Of a DNA stretch of 64,000 nucleotides, positions 31,432-40,501 are shown piece by piece (the first letter of the stretch is position 1; every line of letters begins with the position of its first letter). The position numbers and the translations under genes are program-made. This DNA is from Microgenomates group bacterium Gr01-1014_5 (lineage in GTDB: Bacteria; Patescibacteriota; Microgenomatia; UBA8517; UBA10165): positions 2,821 through 66,820 of the forward strand of contig VMGE01000005.1 in the NCBI GenBank assembly GCA_007376395.1. Direction: 5' to 3'. The notes beneath the pieces are model-generated. The model was not told the DNA's origin, made no database searches, and was given only the letters and a program-made list of their open reading frames with translations.

Positions 31432-32018
31432 TGGTATCCTAAAAAAATTCTTAACAATTGCGGTACGGTAAAAATCCAAAAAGCGCTCGCTGTGTATTTC
31501 CAATATTTACTACGGGAAACAATGTCCAATCCACCTAAAATAATCAAAGACATAGGCAGCCAAAGAAGAATATCTATCCTATCGAAGTTTTCCAATAATG
31601 TCAGGTATACCAAAGACGGAATAGCAATTTGAAGAATTAGTTTTTTGTGTTTTAGTCTATTGAAGAAATATAAACCGGCAAGAAAAAAGATAATACTAAC
31701 AAAAGGAAATTTTTTTAAATTTTGGTTGCCGATGATTTGTCTTGGATGAAAACCAAAAAAATAGTTGTTTAAGTCGGTTAAAGCCAGCAAGTTGTAGCTC
31801 GCTTTATCTAAATATATCCTAGCCTTGTTTTGATAAACACGGGCAAGGAATACCGTAGGATATAAATTAATTTTTTCTAAGATCCTTTGTTCGGCTTGGT
31901 AATCTTGCTGAAAAATTGTTTTGGTAAAATTTTCCAAAGGAAAACTCTGCTTTCCGCTATTAAGAAAAAGATTTAATGGCCAAAAGGCCAAGATTACAAA
32001 AGCAATTAATTTTTTCAT
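31428..32018 (-). CDS. Membrane protein homologous to the C-terminal half of the neighbouring GT-Cs
   Basis: FLARVYQNKARIYLDKASYNLLALTDLNNYF aligns by eye with FVSRILYNKATYFGFNFAKNYLAHLTPQFLF of 7801..9468. Confidence 0.6.
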   Translation of the reverse strand: MKKLIAFVILAFWPLNLFLNSGKQSFPLENFTKTIFQQDYQAEQRILEKINLYPTVFLARVYQNKARIYLDKASYNLLALTDLNNYFFGFHPRQIIGNQNLKKFPFVSIIFFLAGLYFFNRLKHKKLILQIAIPSLVYLTLLENFDRIDILLWLPMSLIILGGLDIVSRSKYWKYTASAFWIFTVPQLLRIFLGYQ

Positions 32019-33445
32019 TAATTTAATTTAGCTGTTATCTCGAAACGTGTACTTGTGTCGGGCGGATTGCCCATATCTTCATAGTAAACTGTAATCGTCG
32101 GGTCTTGATAGTACAATCTTAGAGCATCCTCCCTATTCAAAATTATTGACGCCTGTTTAGACGTTCCTCCCCAATCTTTGGCTACAAACGGGTAATTCGG
32201 ATCGTTTTTTATGTAAAACACAGCTCCTTTTGGCAAAGTTGGATACTGGGCAGATATCTGGCCAATTAGTTTTTCGGCCAACCTTCCGCGGGTTGCCGCC
32301 CAATAAGTGCTATCACCCAGGGTAACCGACGTGGTGTTTAGTATAAACAAGGCCGCTACTAAAAAAGCCACCATGACTCTAGCAGGTAGATTTTTTGTGT
32401 TTTCTGCAAACTTAAACACAAGATAACTTACAAGTATTGAAAATGCTGCTAAAACTGGATAAAGATAATATGTTGACTTATGCCACGGGAGGACAGCAAC
32501 AGGCAACAATCCTGCAACAAACCATATAATAAGCAGGAATACTTTTTTGTTAAGCAGAATTTGTCTCTTCTTGAAAAATAAACTAGAAGTTGCATATAGA
32601 AGTCCGAACAAAGCTACAAAAAAAGCAGAAAAAATAATTTTATAATAATCTCCCCAATAGCGCATGAGACTCGGGTTTAATTTTAACCCTGAACGCACAA
32701 AGTCGATTAACATCTCCGGCAAACCCAAAGCCCAGCCGGTATACCAAGCGTAAGTATTGATTAGTTTAGGCAATGAAATTACTGCTTGATATTGCACCTC
32801 CTCTTTCGAAAATCCGATTATTGTAAATTCTAAATATAGGTAAATAAAAGTTAGTACGACAAACGGTAGGGCGCGGCGCCAGTTCATTACAATCAAGAGC
32901 AAGGGCACAACCACAGCAAGTTCGTGTGAAGCTAAGACAACGAGAAAAGTAAGAAATGCCCAGCGTGTGTGTTTTTCGTAAAAGAGCAATGTCAAAAGGA
33001 TAAAAACTGTTGCCCCGAGTACTTGAACCCCTCCTGTTAAATAATAAAGCGTCGCTACATTCGCCGCCGAAATACCAAACAACAACGCCGCAAAACCGGA
33101 AATCCTTTTGTCTCCTAACCATTTCTGGGTGAAAGTGTAGACCAAAACGATGTTGGTAAAATGCAGTGCTAGCTGAAAAACGCGGTAAGGAAGTTGGTTT
33201 AATCCAAAGATTGAATAAAAGATGTTAAAAAATGCTTCGCGGAATACAGGGCGGTAAAAAGCTATCCCTCGCTCCTCAAACGGATAAAAACCAAATAAGC
33301 CTAAAAAGCCGCGGACTGTCCCGTCAGTTTGGCTAATTGTAATATGAAAAAAATCGTCTTGGGAAAAATAGACCCCTAAAATTTTATAGTAAAAAAAGAG
33401 GACTAAAACAAAAATCGGTAGAAGAAACTTAAGGCTCGCCAACAC
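32018..33445 (-). CDS. GT-C fold membrane glycosyltransferase (DD...YRP type)
   Basis: FSQDDF, FYRPV, LASHE, polytopic. Confidence 0.72.
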   Translation of the reverse strand: MLASLKFLLPIFVLVLFFYYKILGVYFSQDDFFHITISQTDGTVRGFLGLFGFYPFEERGIAFYRPVFREAFFNIFYSIFGLNQLPYRVFQLALHFTNIVLVYTFTQKWLGDKRISGFAALLFGISAANVATLYYLTGGVQVLGATVFILLTLLFYEKHTRWAFLTFLVVLASHELAVVVPLLLIVMNWRRALPFVVLTFIYLYLEFTIIGFSKEEVQYQAVISLPKLINTYAWYTGWALGLPEMLIDFVRSGLKLNPSLMRYWGDYYKIIFSAFFVALFGLLYATSSLFFKKRQILLNKKVFLLIIWFVAGLLPVAVLPWHKSTYYLYPVLAAFSILVSYLVFKFAENTKNLPARVMVAFLVAALFILNTTSVTLGDSTYWAATRGRLAEKLIGQISAQYPTLPKGAVFYIKNDPNYPFVAKDWGGTSKQASIILNREDALRLYYQDPTITVYYEDMGNPPDTSTRFEITAKLN

Positions 33446-33494
33446 AATACTATTCTACCAAAAGCAGAAACTCGTGTGGTAAAATTATCCTGCC

Positions 33495-34472
33495 TTGCGT
33501 AAATTTTCCCATTTTTCAGGTTTTGCTGATCTTGCAATAATCTTTGTTGTCATCATCGTCGTTGCGGTAACAGGCTTCATTGTAACCAAAAACAGAAAAC
33601 AAACTCAAAACCTCATACCGGTTGAGGTTTCACCCACATCTTCGACCCAACCAGATGCAACCCCAACCCCAGAAGCCTCTCCTTCTGCTCAGCCCTCACC
33701 GTCAGTCTCACCCTCTACGATACTCAGTCCTTTACCATCTCCTAAACCAACTCCTTCTCCTGTTGCGGCAGTGTCAGGTCCTCCAGGTAGTGGTTATTCT
33801 AGGGTTACAGTTAAAACAGAGCGGGGTAATTTTACAGCCAGTGTGGTTTCAATCGACATGGCAGGAGTGCGTATGGTTACAGACACGGGTAATGAGGATA
33901 ATTGCACGACGGATTGTCCTGTTCGTTCGCTTGCAGATTATGTAAGCAGTAACGGAGGATTTGCAGGAATTAATGGAAGTTATTTTTGTCCCGAAACTTA
34001 CCCTGATTGCGCTGACAAGAAGAATTCGTTTGACTTTCCTGTATACAATTCCCGTCTTGCGAAATGGATTAATAACGACAAACTTTTCTGGAATAGCCGT
34101 TCAATGATTTATTACGACGGAGGCATCATGCATTTTCAGCGCGATGCGAACTCGTTTGGAGGAAGTTTATCAGCAGGAGTGGTCAACTACCCTGGTTTAC
34201 TTGACGGCGGAAATGTAATTGTTGACGAAGGAAGTCTATCCGAAAAACAAGCAGCTAAGGGTACAAAGGGTGGAATTGGAATCCGTGGAAACATTGTTTA
34301 CTTAATTATTGCCTCGGGTGTTAACATGGCCGATTTCGCCCATGTTTTCAAAAGTTTAGGAGCAGACTCGGCAATGAATTTAGACGGCGGCGGCTCGTCA
34401 GCACTCTGGTTCGGAGGATATAAAGTAGGGCCTGGAAGAGCATTGCCGAATGCAATTATTTTCGCTAGATAA
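33495..34472 (+). CDS. Membrane-anchored phosphodiester glycosidase (NAGPA-like) with Ser/Pro/Thr-rich linker
   Basis: N-terminal TM, PTSSTQPDATPTPEASPSAQPSPS linker, GINGSYF and AMNLDGGGSS motifs. Confidence 0.85.
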   Translation: MRKFSHFSGFADLAIIFVVIIVVAVTGFIVTKNRKQTQNLIPVEVSPTSSTQPDATPTPEASPSAQPSPSVSPSTILSPLPSPKPTPSPVAAVSGPPGSGYSRVTVKTERGNFTASVVSIDMAGVRMVTDTGNEDNCTTDCPVRSLADYVSSNGGFAGINGSYFCPETYPDCADKKNSFDFPVYNSRLAKWINNDKLFWNSRSMIYYDGGIMHFQRDANSFGGSLSAGVVNYPGLLDGGNVIVDEGSLSEKQAAKGTKGGIGIRGNIVYLIIASGVNMADFAHVFKSLGADSAMNLDGGGSSALWFGGYKVGPGRALPNAIIFAR

Positions 34473-34478
34473 TCTAAA

Positions 34479-34808
34479 TTAAACTTTTCTCCAAGCCAGT
34501 ATTACGTCTTTAATACATTGATTCCCGGCATCATCTTTGAAAATATATCCAATTTCTCCATTTTCAAGAATTACTGGACGATGAAATTCAAGACTAATCA
34601 TGTCTGTCCCTGTATTAATTTCAACCATATCTCCGGTGTTTACAGCACCGTTAAAAAAAGCACTTCTAAGAGATTTAGTTCCATCCCCGCGGCTGCGAAT
34701 ATTTCTACCGTCTCTCCATTCGTCAAATATTGGTAATCTCGGCGTTGATGAATCTTTGCCAGAAATTAACGAACTTATACGACTGATTGTTTCTCTAAAA
34801 AAAGACAT
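34479..34808 (-). CDS. Hypothetical protein
   Basis: 109 aa ATG-started ORF filling the gap between genes; no recognised motif. Confidence 0.5.
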   Translation of the reverse strand: MSFFRETISRISSLISGKDSSTPRLPIFDEWRDGRNIRSRGDGTKSLRSAFFNGAVNTGDMVEINTGTDMISLEFHRPVILENGEIGYIFKDDAGNQCIKDVILAWRKV

Positions 34809-34870
34809 AGAAATCTCTAACGTAATGTATTGAGGATTTACAGCTTAACCTACAGGCTAAGCACGTGTCA

Positions 34871-34936
34871 ACCCCGTAGAAGTTTACACCAACAAAACCG
34901 TGCCTGAAATAATTCAGGCCACACTTTTAACGGGGC
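34871..34936. mobile_element. Small MITE with terminal inverted repeats, overlapping a stop codon
   Basis: Left ACCCCGTAGAAGT versus right ACTTTTAACGGGGC; CA on both flanks; internal hairpin GCCTGAA-ATAA-TTCAGGC. Confidence 0.55.
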
Positions 34937-36693
34937 CAACCTTTAAGTTTCTTGCGCCAGAGAGGAGCCGTAAAAAGAAGTAGCCATGAAACCGCAGAAA
35001 TAGAATTTCCTGCAGAGCGCACAGGTGTATTTTCAAGCTTCAGAACTACTTGGTGCTCTCCACGGGTCAAATCAATATGCATTCTTCCCCACGTATCACT
35101 TCCTACATAATTTTCTTTTTCCTGTCCATTAACAAACACTTTCCACCCAGGATATTGAAAAATACCGATCTCTATTTGTGCTGTTTCACTTTCTACAGTT
35201 GCCTTAAAACTTGCCTTGTTTGTTTTTTGCACAGGATTTGAGATTGTTGCTTTACCGCTAATTACTAAGGCCAGTTCTTTCTGCGGAGCCTTGGGGGCAG
35301 TACTTGCCCCAACCGGTAGATAGTCATAAATTCCCGCGGTTTGTTGCATATCCCACGCCACGCCGGAAAATTTTTGCTGGTCAGTTATCGGTCCTATTTC
35401 TTCCGGCTGAAAATATCCAAAATTGAACCCCACAACCGCCCCAATTAGCAAGAATGCTGCCATTTTTGCTTTTTCTCTGATTAATAATGCTGGTAGTGCT
35501 CCAACCACAAAAGAAAAACATAAAATTGTTAGGGTCAAAAATCTCCAGGGAAACTGTACAAATTTAAGGAATCGATCAAATTCAAGCCAAATGAATGTCG
35601 ATTTATTGTGTGTCATAAAAGCGGCAAACCAGCCTGCCGTAAAAAAGAAGGTTGTAAGAAAAAGTACGCTGTCTATTTTTTTTGTTTTATAGTATCTCCA
35701 AACTGCAAGCCCTACAACGACTATCGGCAACATCCAATGCAGTTGTCCAATCTGGAATGACATTTTGTCGTCAGCATCCATCCAAACGGAAGCTCCGTAT
35801 CCCCAGAATCGAGAAAACAGAACTTGACTGACCGTTGTAAAATGGGCAATATATTCATAATAACCAACCACCAACGTCTCTACGTGTACAAACTTTTGCT
35901 CTAAGAAAACGGGTAAAGTAAAAAATGCGGCTAACCCAAAAGCCCACACTCCCGAAATCGCCAGTTGCGGTATAGTAGACCAGGATTTAAAACGAACAAG
36001 CCAGAACAAAACCCAACAAGCTACAAGAGGGGTAAAGATTAAAACCATAAGATTGTGCGACGTAAGCAGTGCAGTGAAGGAAAGCGCGAGAATTACCGTA
36101 TGCCGAAAACGTCCCTTCAAAACTAAATTGTAAGACGACCAAAGAATCAGCGGAAACCAAATAAGCGCCCAGGCTTCATTCATTGCCCCCCGCACGAAAA
36201 TATCAAGCGAATGGTAGGGTGCCCAGATATAAAAAGCCGCTGACAAAAGGCCGCCAAGTCTGCCCCAAAAAGTTTTGGCCCAGAGATACATCGTAAGTCC
36301 AGACAAAACAAAAGATGTTAGAAACGTTAATTTGACTGTATCAACAAAAGAAAGTCCTACAAGACGGAAAATCTCTCCTACTAGATAGGGCAACGGGGGG
36401 TAATAATTAAACAAGGGGAAGCCAAACCCATATCCCATGTGCGGCGTCCAGCGACAAGGAATCTGCCAGTCCCTAAAACACTCCTCCATCGCTAACTGGC
36501 GCATCATTTGGAGATCATCATGCATATTGAAATAGCCAGGAATTAAGAGGTATCTTCCAGCAAGAAGTGCTAAGAATACTATACCCACCACAAAGAGAAA
36601 GTCTGGTTTTCTAATAAGGTTTTTTAATTTCTCCAAGAAGTTTTTACTTTTTATTGACGTCTTGTTTTTCTTGTTCTTCTTTTGCTTTGGCAT
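34927..36693 (-). CDS. GT-C membrane protein (YfhO-like, 'PTPS-related' domain family)
   Basis: MHDD, YGFGFPLFNYYPPL, RGAMNE, QFPWRFL, YPGWKVFVNG. Confidence 0.8.
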   Translation of the reverse strand: MPKQKKNKKNKTSIKSKNFLEKLKNLIRKPDFLFVVGIVFLALLAGRYLLIPGYFNMHDDLQMMRQLAMEECFRDWQIPCRWTPHMGYGFGFPLFNYYPPLPYLVGEIFRLVGLSFVDTVKLTFLTSFVLSGLTMYLWAKTFWGRLGGLLSAAFYIWAPYHSLDIFVRGAMNEAWALIWFPLILWSSYNLVLKGRFRHTVILALSFTALLTSHNLMVLIFTPLVACWVLFWLVRFKSWSTIPQLAISGVWAFGLAAFFTLPVFLEQKFVHVETLVVGYYEYIAHFTTVSQVLFSRFWGYGASVWMDADDKMSFQIGQLHWMLPIVVVGLAVWRYYKTKKIDSVLFLTTFFFTAGWFAAFMTHNKSTFIWLEFDRFLKFVQFPWRFLTLTILCFSFVVGALPALLIREKAKMAAFLLIGAVVGFNFGYFQPEEIGPITDQQKFSGVAWDMQQTAGIYDYLPVGASTAPKAPQKELALVISGKATISNPVQKTNKASFKATVESETAQIEIGIFQYPGWKVFVNGQEKENYVGSDTWGRMHIDLTRGEHQVVLKLENTPVRSAGNSISAVSWLLLFTAPLWRKKLKGWPR

Positions 36694-38230
36694 CGTCTCT
36701 AATTTGCACTGACTTTTCAGTGACTTCCAATAATAGCAAACTTTCTACCTTGCCGTTGGGCTGTTCGGCTTTAGGATAACTTGCCAATATATTGTAGCCG
36801 AGTTTTTCAGGTTCTATTTCCATACGAGAAGTATTAGCAACAAGATAAACCTTATTCCCCGCTTTCTTTGCTTCATAGAGAGGATCATTTACAACTGAAA
36901 TCGAAAGCCCGACACCTGTAACCACAACTTTTGGAATGTCGGCAACATAAATCATTAATCCGTCGGGGAGTGTTCCGAAATACCCTTCTGTACCAACAAC
37001 AATTTGCGTATTCGGATCTTTCTCGTGTTCTGCTTTTATAAACTGAGCTACTTCTCTAATCCCGGTTCCGGAGGTCCACAATTCTAAATAACCTGAACGT
37101 TCAACGCGAGGCAAAGGCGCTTTTTGAGGAGTTGTTAAAAACAGATAATCAACGTACAAGGAAGGGAGGGATACAAGAGCTATAACTGCCCAAAATGTTT
37201 TTGTTTTTAATTTAACTGAAGTAATTCCCAAAGCGGCTAAGATGAAAAGTGGAGGAATGGTAAATAGAAGATATCTGGCAGTAAAAACCTTTGCGTATTC
37301 TGCTTGAATTATAAGGGGAACCAATAGCCAGGCAAGAAGGGGTAAAAAAACTCTCCAGTGTTTTTTCCAACCTAAAATAATCGCCACAGCTGCTGCCAAG
37401 AGCGAAGTCATGGGAACCAATACCCAAAACCACTCAATTATTTCTTTTACATGGAATTGCAAGGGATCCCAAGGGTTGGTCAAAGCATGGGAAAGGGGAA
37501 ATATATAATCTTTATTGCGTAAACTAATCATATGGAACTCAGGTCCAAGCCTGAGAATATTGTATAAACCGTAACTAATAACTCCAACTACAATCCAAAG
37601 TCCAGCAAGTTTTATGAAAGTTAAACTGACGAGCCGTTTTGGAAGATTAGCTAAAAAAATTGTTGCCGGTAGAAGAATTAAGAAAAAAACTCCCGGTGAC
37701 TTGGTTAAGAGAGCTCCTCCCAAAGCAAACCCTGCCAACATGGCTGTGTCCAGTCTAAGATATTTTGCTGTTAAAACAGCAAAAACCATTGACCAGACAC
37801 CAAACATTGATAACATGGCGTCAGCCAGCGCCATGCGTTCAAAAAAGACAGCAAATGGAGAAATTGCATACAAAAAACCGGCTAATAGAGTAGTTTTCCA
37901 AGATTTAAAAAGAATATGAGTTAGCGCGGAAATTCCAATAACACTCCCCATTCCGCAAAGCACTGATACCATGCGCCCAGCAATTAACGGGTCTTCGAAA
38001 ATTTTCAAAAAAGGGATAACAGACCACATAAACAAAGGTTGTTTCCCGTCAGATAAAGGAAGAAAACGCAGTGCAGAGACAGCTCTCATTACCTGCGACC
38101 AGCGGATATAAATTGCTTCGTCTACAAAAATAGGAATCGAGAGAAGGTTGTAAATACGAAGAAATAGCGCAACGCCTAAGATTGCTATCCCGCAGAACAA
38201 AATTTGATATTTGAAATTTGAAATTTTCAT
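36644..38230 (-). CDS. GT-C fold membrane glycosyltransferase (ArnT/PMT-like)
   Basis: FVDEAIYIRW, DGKQPLFMW, GRMVS, ERMALAD, LTK, RYLL. Confidence 0.85.
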   Translation of the reverse strand: MKISNFKYQILFCGIAILGVALFLRIYNLLSIPIFVDEAIYIRWSQVMRAVSALRFLPLSDGKQPLFMWSVIPFLKIFEDPLIAGRMVSVLCGMGSVIGISALTHILFKSWKTTLLAGFLYAISPFAVFFERMALADAMLSMFGVWSMVFAVLTAKYLRLDTAMLAGFALGGALLTKSPGVFFLILLPATIFLANLPKRLVSLTFIKLAGLWIVVGVISYGLYNILRLGPEFHMISLRNKDYIFPLSHALTNPWDPLQFHVKEIIEWFWVLVPMTSLLAAAVAIILGWKKHWRVFLPLLAWLLVPLIIQAEYAKVFTARYLLFTIPPLFILAALGITSVKLKTKTFWAVIALVSLPSLYVDYLFLTTPQKAPLPRVERSGYLELWTSGTGIREVAQFIKAEHEKDPNTQIVVGTEGYFGTLPDGLMIYVADIPKVVVTGVGLSISVVNDPLYEAKKAGNKVYLVANTSRMEIEPEKLGYNILASYPKAEQPNGKVESLLLLEVTEKSVQIRDDAKAKEEQEKQDVNKK

Positions 38231-38988
38231 TGTTTGTAGTCCCCTTTTACCGCGTGCCAGCGGATACGTAAAATATCTTTTATACTATCTATTCCATCAC
38301 GGATTGCACTCACCCTTTGGGAACCCTGGTAATTCCACTCAACTGGAACTTCTTTTATCTTATAACCCCTTTTGCGGGCAACATATAAAAGTTCTAAATC
38401 AAAACCCGCTTTTACCGCAGGTTGACGAATAAGCCCAGATTGGCCAAAAATAATTAAGTTATGAAAAATATCTTGCGCTGCTTTTCTTGTAAATGCTTTG
38501 AAACCTGCCTGTGTATCCTTTAACGGCAAGCGTAAAAATACCGTCCGCAAAATAACAAATCCTGTCGCCATTAGCTTTCTTATTACCGGAGCTCCTTTTC
38601 TTCCGCTCCTTGTGCCAATAACAATATCAAAACTCTGCCTGCCGACAGGCAGACCTGCTCCTATCCAAGGCAAAAACTTTTCTAGTTGGTTAATTGGAGT
38701 CGCCTGATCCATATCTGTAAAAAGCACCACGTCACCTTTTCCTGCAAGCATCCCGGTAATTACAGTCGCGGCTTTGCCTTGGTGAGGGTTTTTAATTAAC
38801 CTAATTCTCTTTTCTTTTTTTGTAAAAACCGAGAGTAGGTCAGTGGTTTTGTCGGACGAGCCATCATCAACAAAAATCACTTCCCAAGAATATTTTTGTT
38901 TTTTTAAATAATTTACAACTTTATCAGGAGCACCTTTTTTAATATTTTCTTCTTCGTTGTAAGCTGGAATAACAACAGATAAATACAT
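38227..38988 (-). CDS. Dolichyl/polyprenol-phosphate glucosyltransferase-like GT2
   Basis: LSVVIPAYNEE, DDGSSD, GKAA, FTDMDQATP, DTQAGFKAF, FDLELL; start ATG 38988. Confidence 0.88.
   Translation of the reverse strand: MYLSVVIPAYNEEENIKKGAPDKVVNYLKKQKYSWEVIFVDDGSSDKTTDLLSVFTKKEKRIRLIKNPHQGKAATVITGMLAGKGDVVLFTDMDQATPINQLEKFLPWIGAGLPVGRQSFDIVIGTRSGRKGAPVIRKLMATGFVILRTVFLRLPLKDTQAGFKAFTRKAAQDIFHNLIIFGQSGLIRQPAVKAGFDLELLYVARKRGYKIKEVPVEWNYQGSQRVSAIRDGIDSIKDILRIRWHAVKGDYKQ
38634..38653. repeat. 20-bp REP-like palindrome within CDS
   Basis: TCTGCCTG-CCGA-CAGGCAGA, read as GLPVGRQ in the GT2. Confidence 0.6.
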
Positions 38989-38992
38989 ATAA

Positions 38993-40501
38993 TTATTTAA
39001 TTCTAACCCTCTCTTCAGCAGTAATACCACTGAACTGGGCAGTTTTTTCAACTATCCCAATACCTTTCTGGCGGGCAAGCCAAGCTTCAAGTCTCTCCGG
39101 ATGAGGAGGGTCAACTTCATACAAAGTATAAAGTAAGGGAACTTGCGAGTCGAGCTTTTGATTGCACAAACTCTGTCCGCATCTCATATCTCCCTGCCAC
39201 AAGAAAAGATAATCGTAAGCGTGGGGAATAACCGGCGGGACATAAACATCGACATTAAACTCCCGTCCGGAACTCATGCGATATACCCAATCAACCGCTT
39301 GCAGTTGGTTACGAAACATTATGGTGTTTGGTCCGTCTGCCCCTGACGTTATATACGACTTTGTGATATAAAAATTATCTACTATAAAAGCTGAAAGGAA
39401 AATTAAAAGAAATGCTTTTCCCAATCTCTTTTTGGCGAACTCAGCTAAAACCACTGCAACCAATAAAACAAAAACAAAATAATATCCTGTAAAGTAATAG
39501 TCATAAACATTCCCATTATTACCCTGGAAAAAAAACATTCCAATCATAGGAGCAAAGAGTAAAATTATAATTGGTTGAAGTTTCTTGTTAGTAATAAATC
39601 TCCTTGCAAAAAGTACGAAAAGTCCAATCAGCGAAACAGTAGCGAGCGTTCTTAGATTTTTACTAATAACAAATAACTTTGAGAAAAATACGCCTTCATA
39701 AAACGATATGCGGGTTTTGATAATTTCCCCAAACGAGGCAGTAAAACTTCCCTCTTTTGTCAAAAATTTATATATCTCTCCTCTTAAAATCCCTTCATGG
39801 CGGAGGTCAAAAATAATTTGCGGCAAAAAGGAAACAAGGATTACAGCCAGAGACCAAAACCAAATTTTAATATTTGGCAAATGATCTTTGTTTAAAAATG
39901 CAAAAAGAGCAACTGACGGAAAATAAAACACTTCTGCCGCACTACCAAACTGCATTGCCATTCCAAGCATGCTTCCCGTCAATATCCACGCCCACTTTTT
40001 ACCCTCCTGAATCCATATCAAAGAAAGTACCAAAAGCATACTTATTAAATACATTGGCGTTGGATTAGAAAGCCAACGGGCAGAAAGCATGAAATGAAAC
40101 GAAAAGAGACACAACATAACCGCTACAACACCTGCGGTTCTGCTGTGAATTTTTAAGCCTGCGACATAAGCCAAAAGCGCGGCCATTACTGTCGTCAATG
40201 CAAGAAAAACTGCAGGCCAAACAGGATTACCTTGACCTAAAAAATAAAATGGAGAAATTAACCAGTAATACCAAGGGCCCCTAAAGATTCCCTCAATGCC
40301 AGTTGTTGGGCCGATTAAAAAAACACGTCCGTTATGTAAAAAATCCCAAATAATTTTGGCATCTCTACCTTGGTCATAATAAAAACCCAATAATATATTC
40401 GTCCGATAAACCCTAATAAACGCGCCAGTAATCAGCAGAATTGTTAAAAACAAATACGTTTTTGGATACGTTCCAATTTCCTTTTTAAGAGTTTTCCACA
40501 T
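38993..40501 (-). CDS. GT-C fold membrane glycosyltransferase (DQGRD subfamily)
   Basis: YDQGRD, IGPTT, GPWYY, RWLSNP. Confidence 0.82.
   Translation of the reverse strand: MWKTLKKEIGTYPKTYLFLTILLITGAFIRVYRTNILLGFYYDQGRDAKIIWDFLHNGRVFLIGPTTGIEGIFRGPWYYWLISPFYFLGQGNPVWPAVFLALTTVMAALLAYVAGLKIHSRTAGVVAVMLCLFSFHFMLSARWLSNPTPMYLISMLLVLSLIWIQEGKKWAWILTGSMLGMAMQFGSAAEVFYFPSVALFAFLNKDHLPNIKIWFWSLAVILVSFLPQIIFDLRHEGILRGEIYKFLTKEGSFTASFGEIIKTRISFYEGVFFSKLFVISKNLRTLATVSLIGLFVLFARRFITNKKLQPIIILLFAPMIGMFFFQGNNGNVYDYYFTGYYFVFVLLVAVVLAEFAKKRLGKAFLLIFLSAFIVDNFYITKSYITSGADGPNTIMFRNQLQAVDWVYRMSSGREFNVDVYVPPVIPHAYDYLFLWQGDMRCGQSLCNQKLDSQVPLLYTLYEVDPPHPERLEAWLARQKGIGIVEKTAQFSGITAEERVRIK

Noticed and set aside
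34927-36693. Link between the 'PTPS-related' domain and queuosine synthesis for tgt
   Set aside because: The protein is a polytopic YfhO-like membrane protein with no QueD-type catalytic motifs
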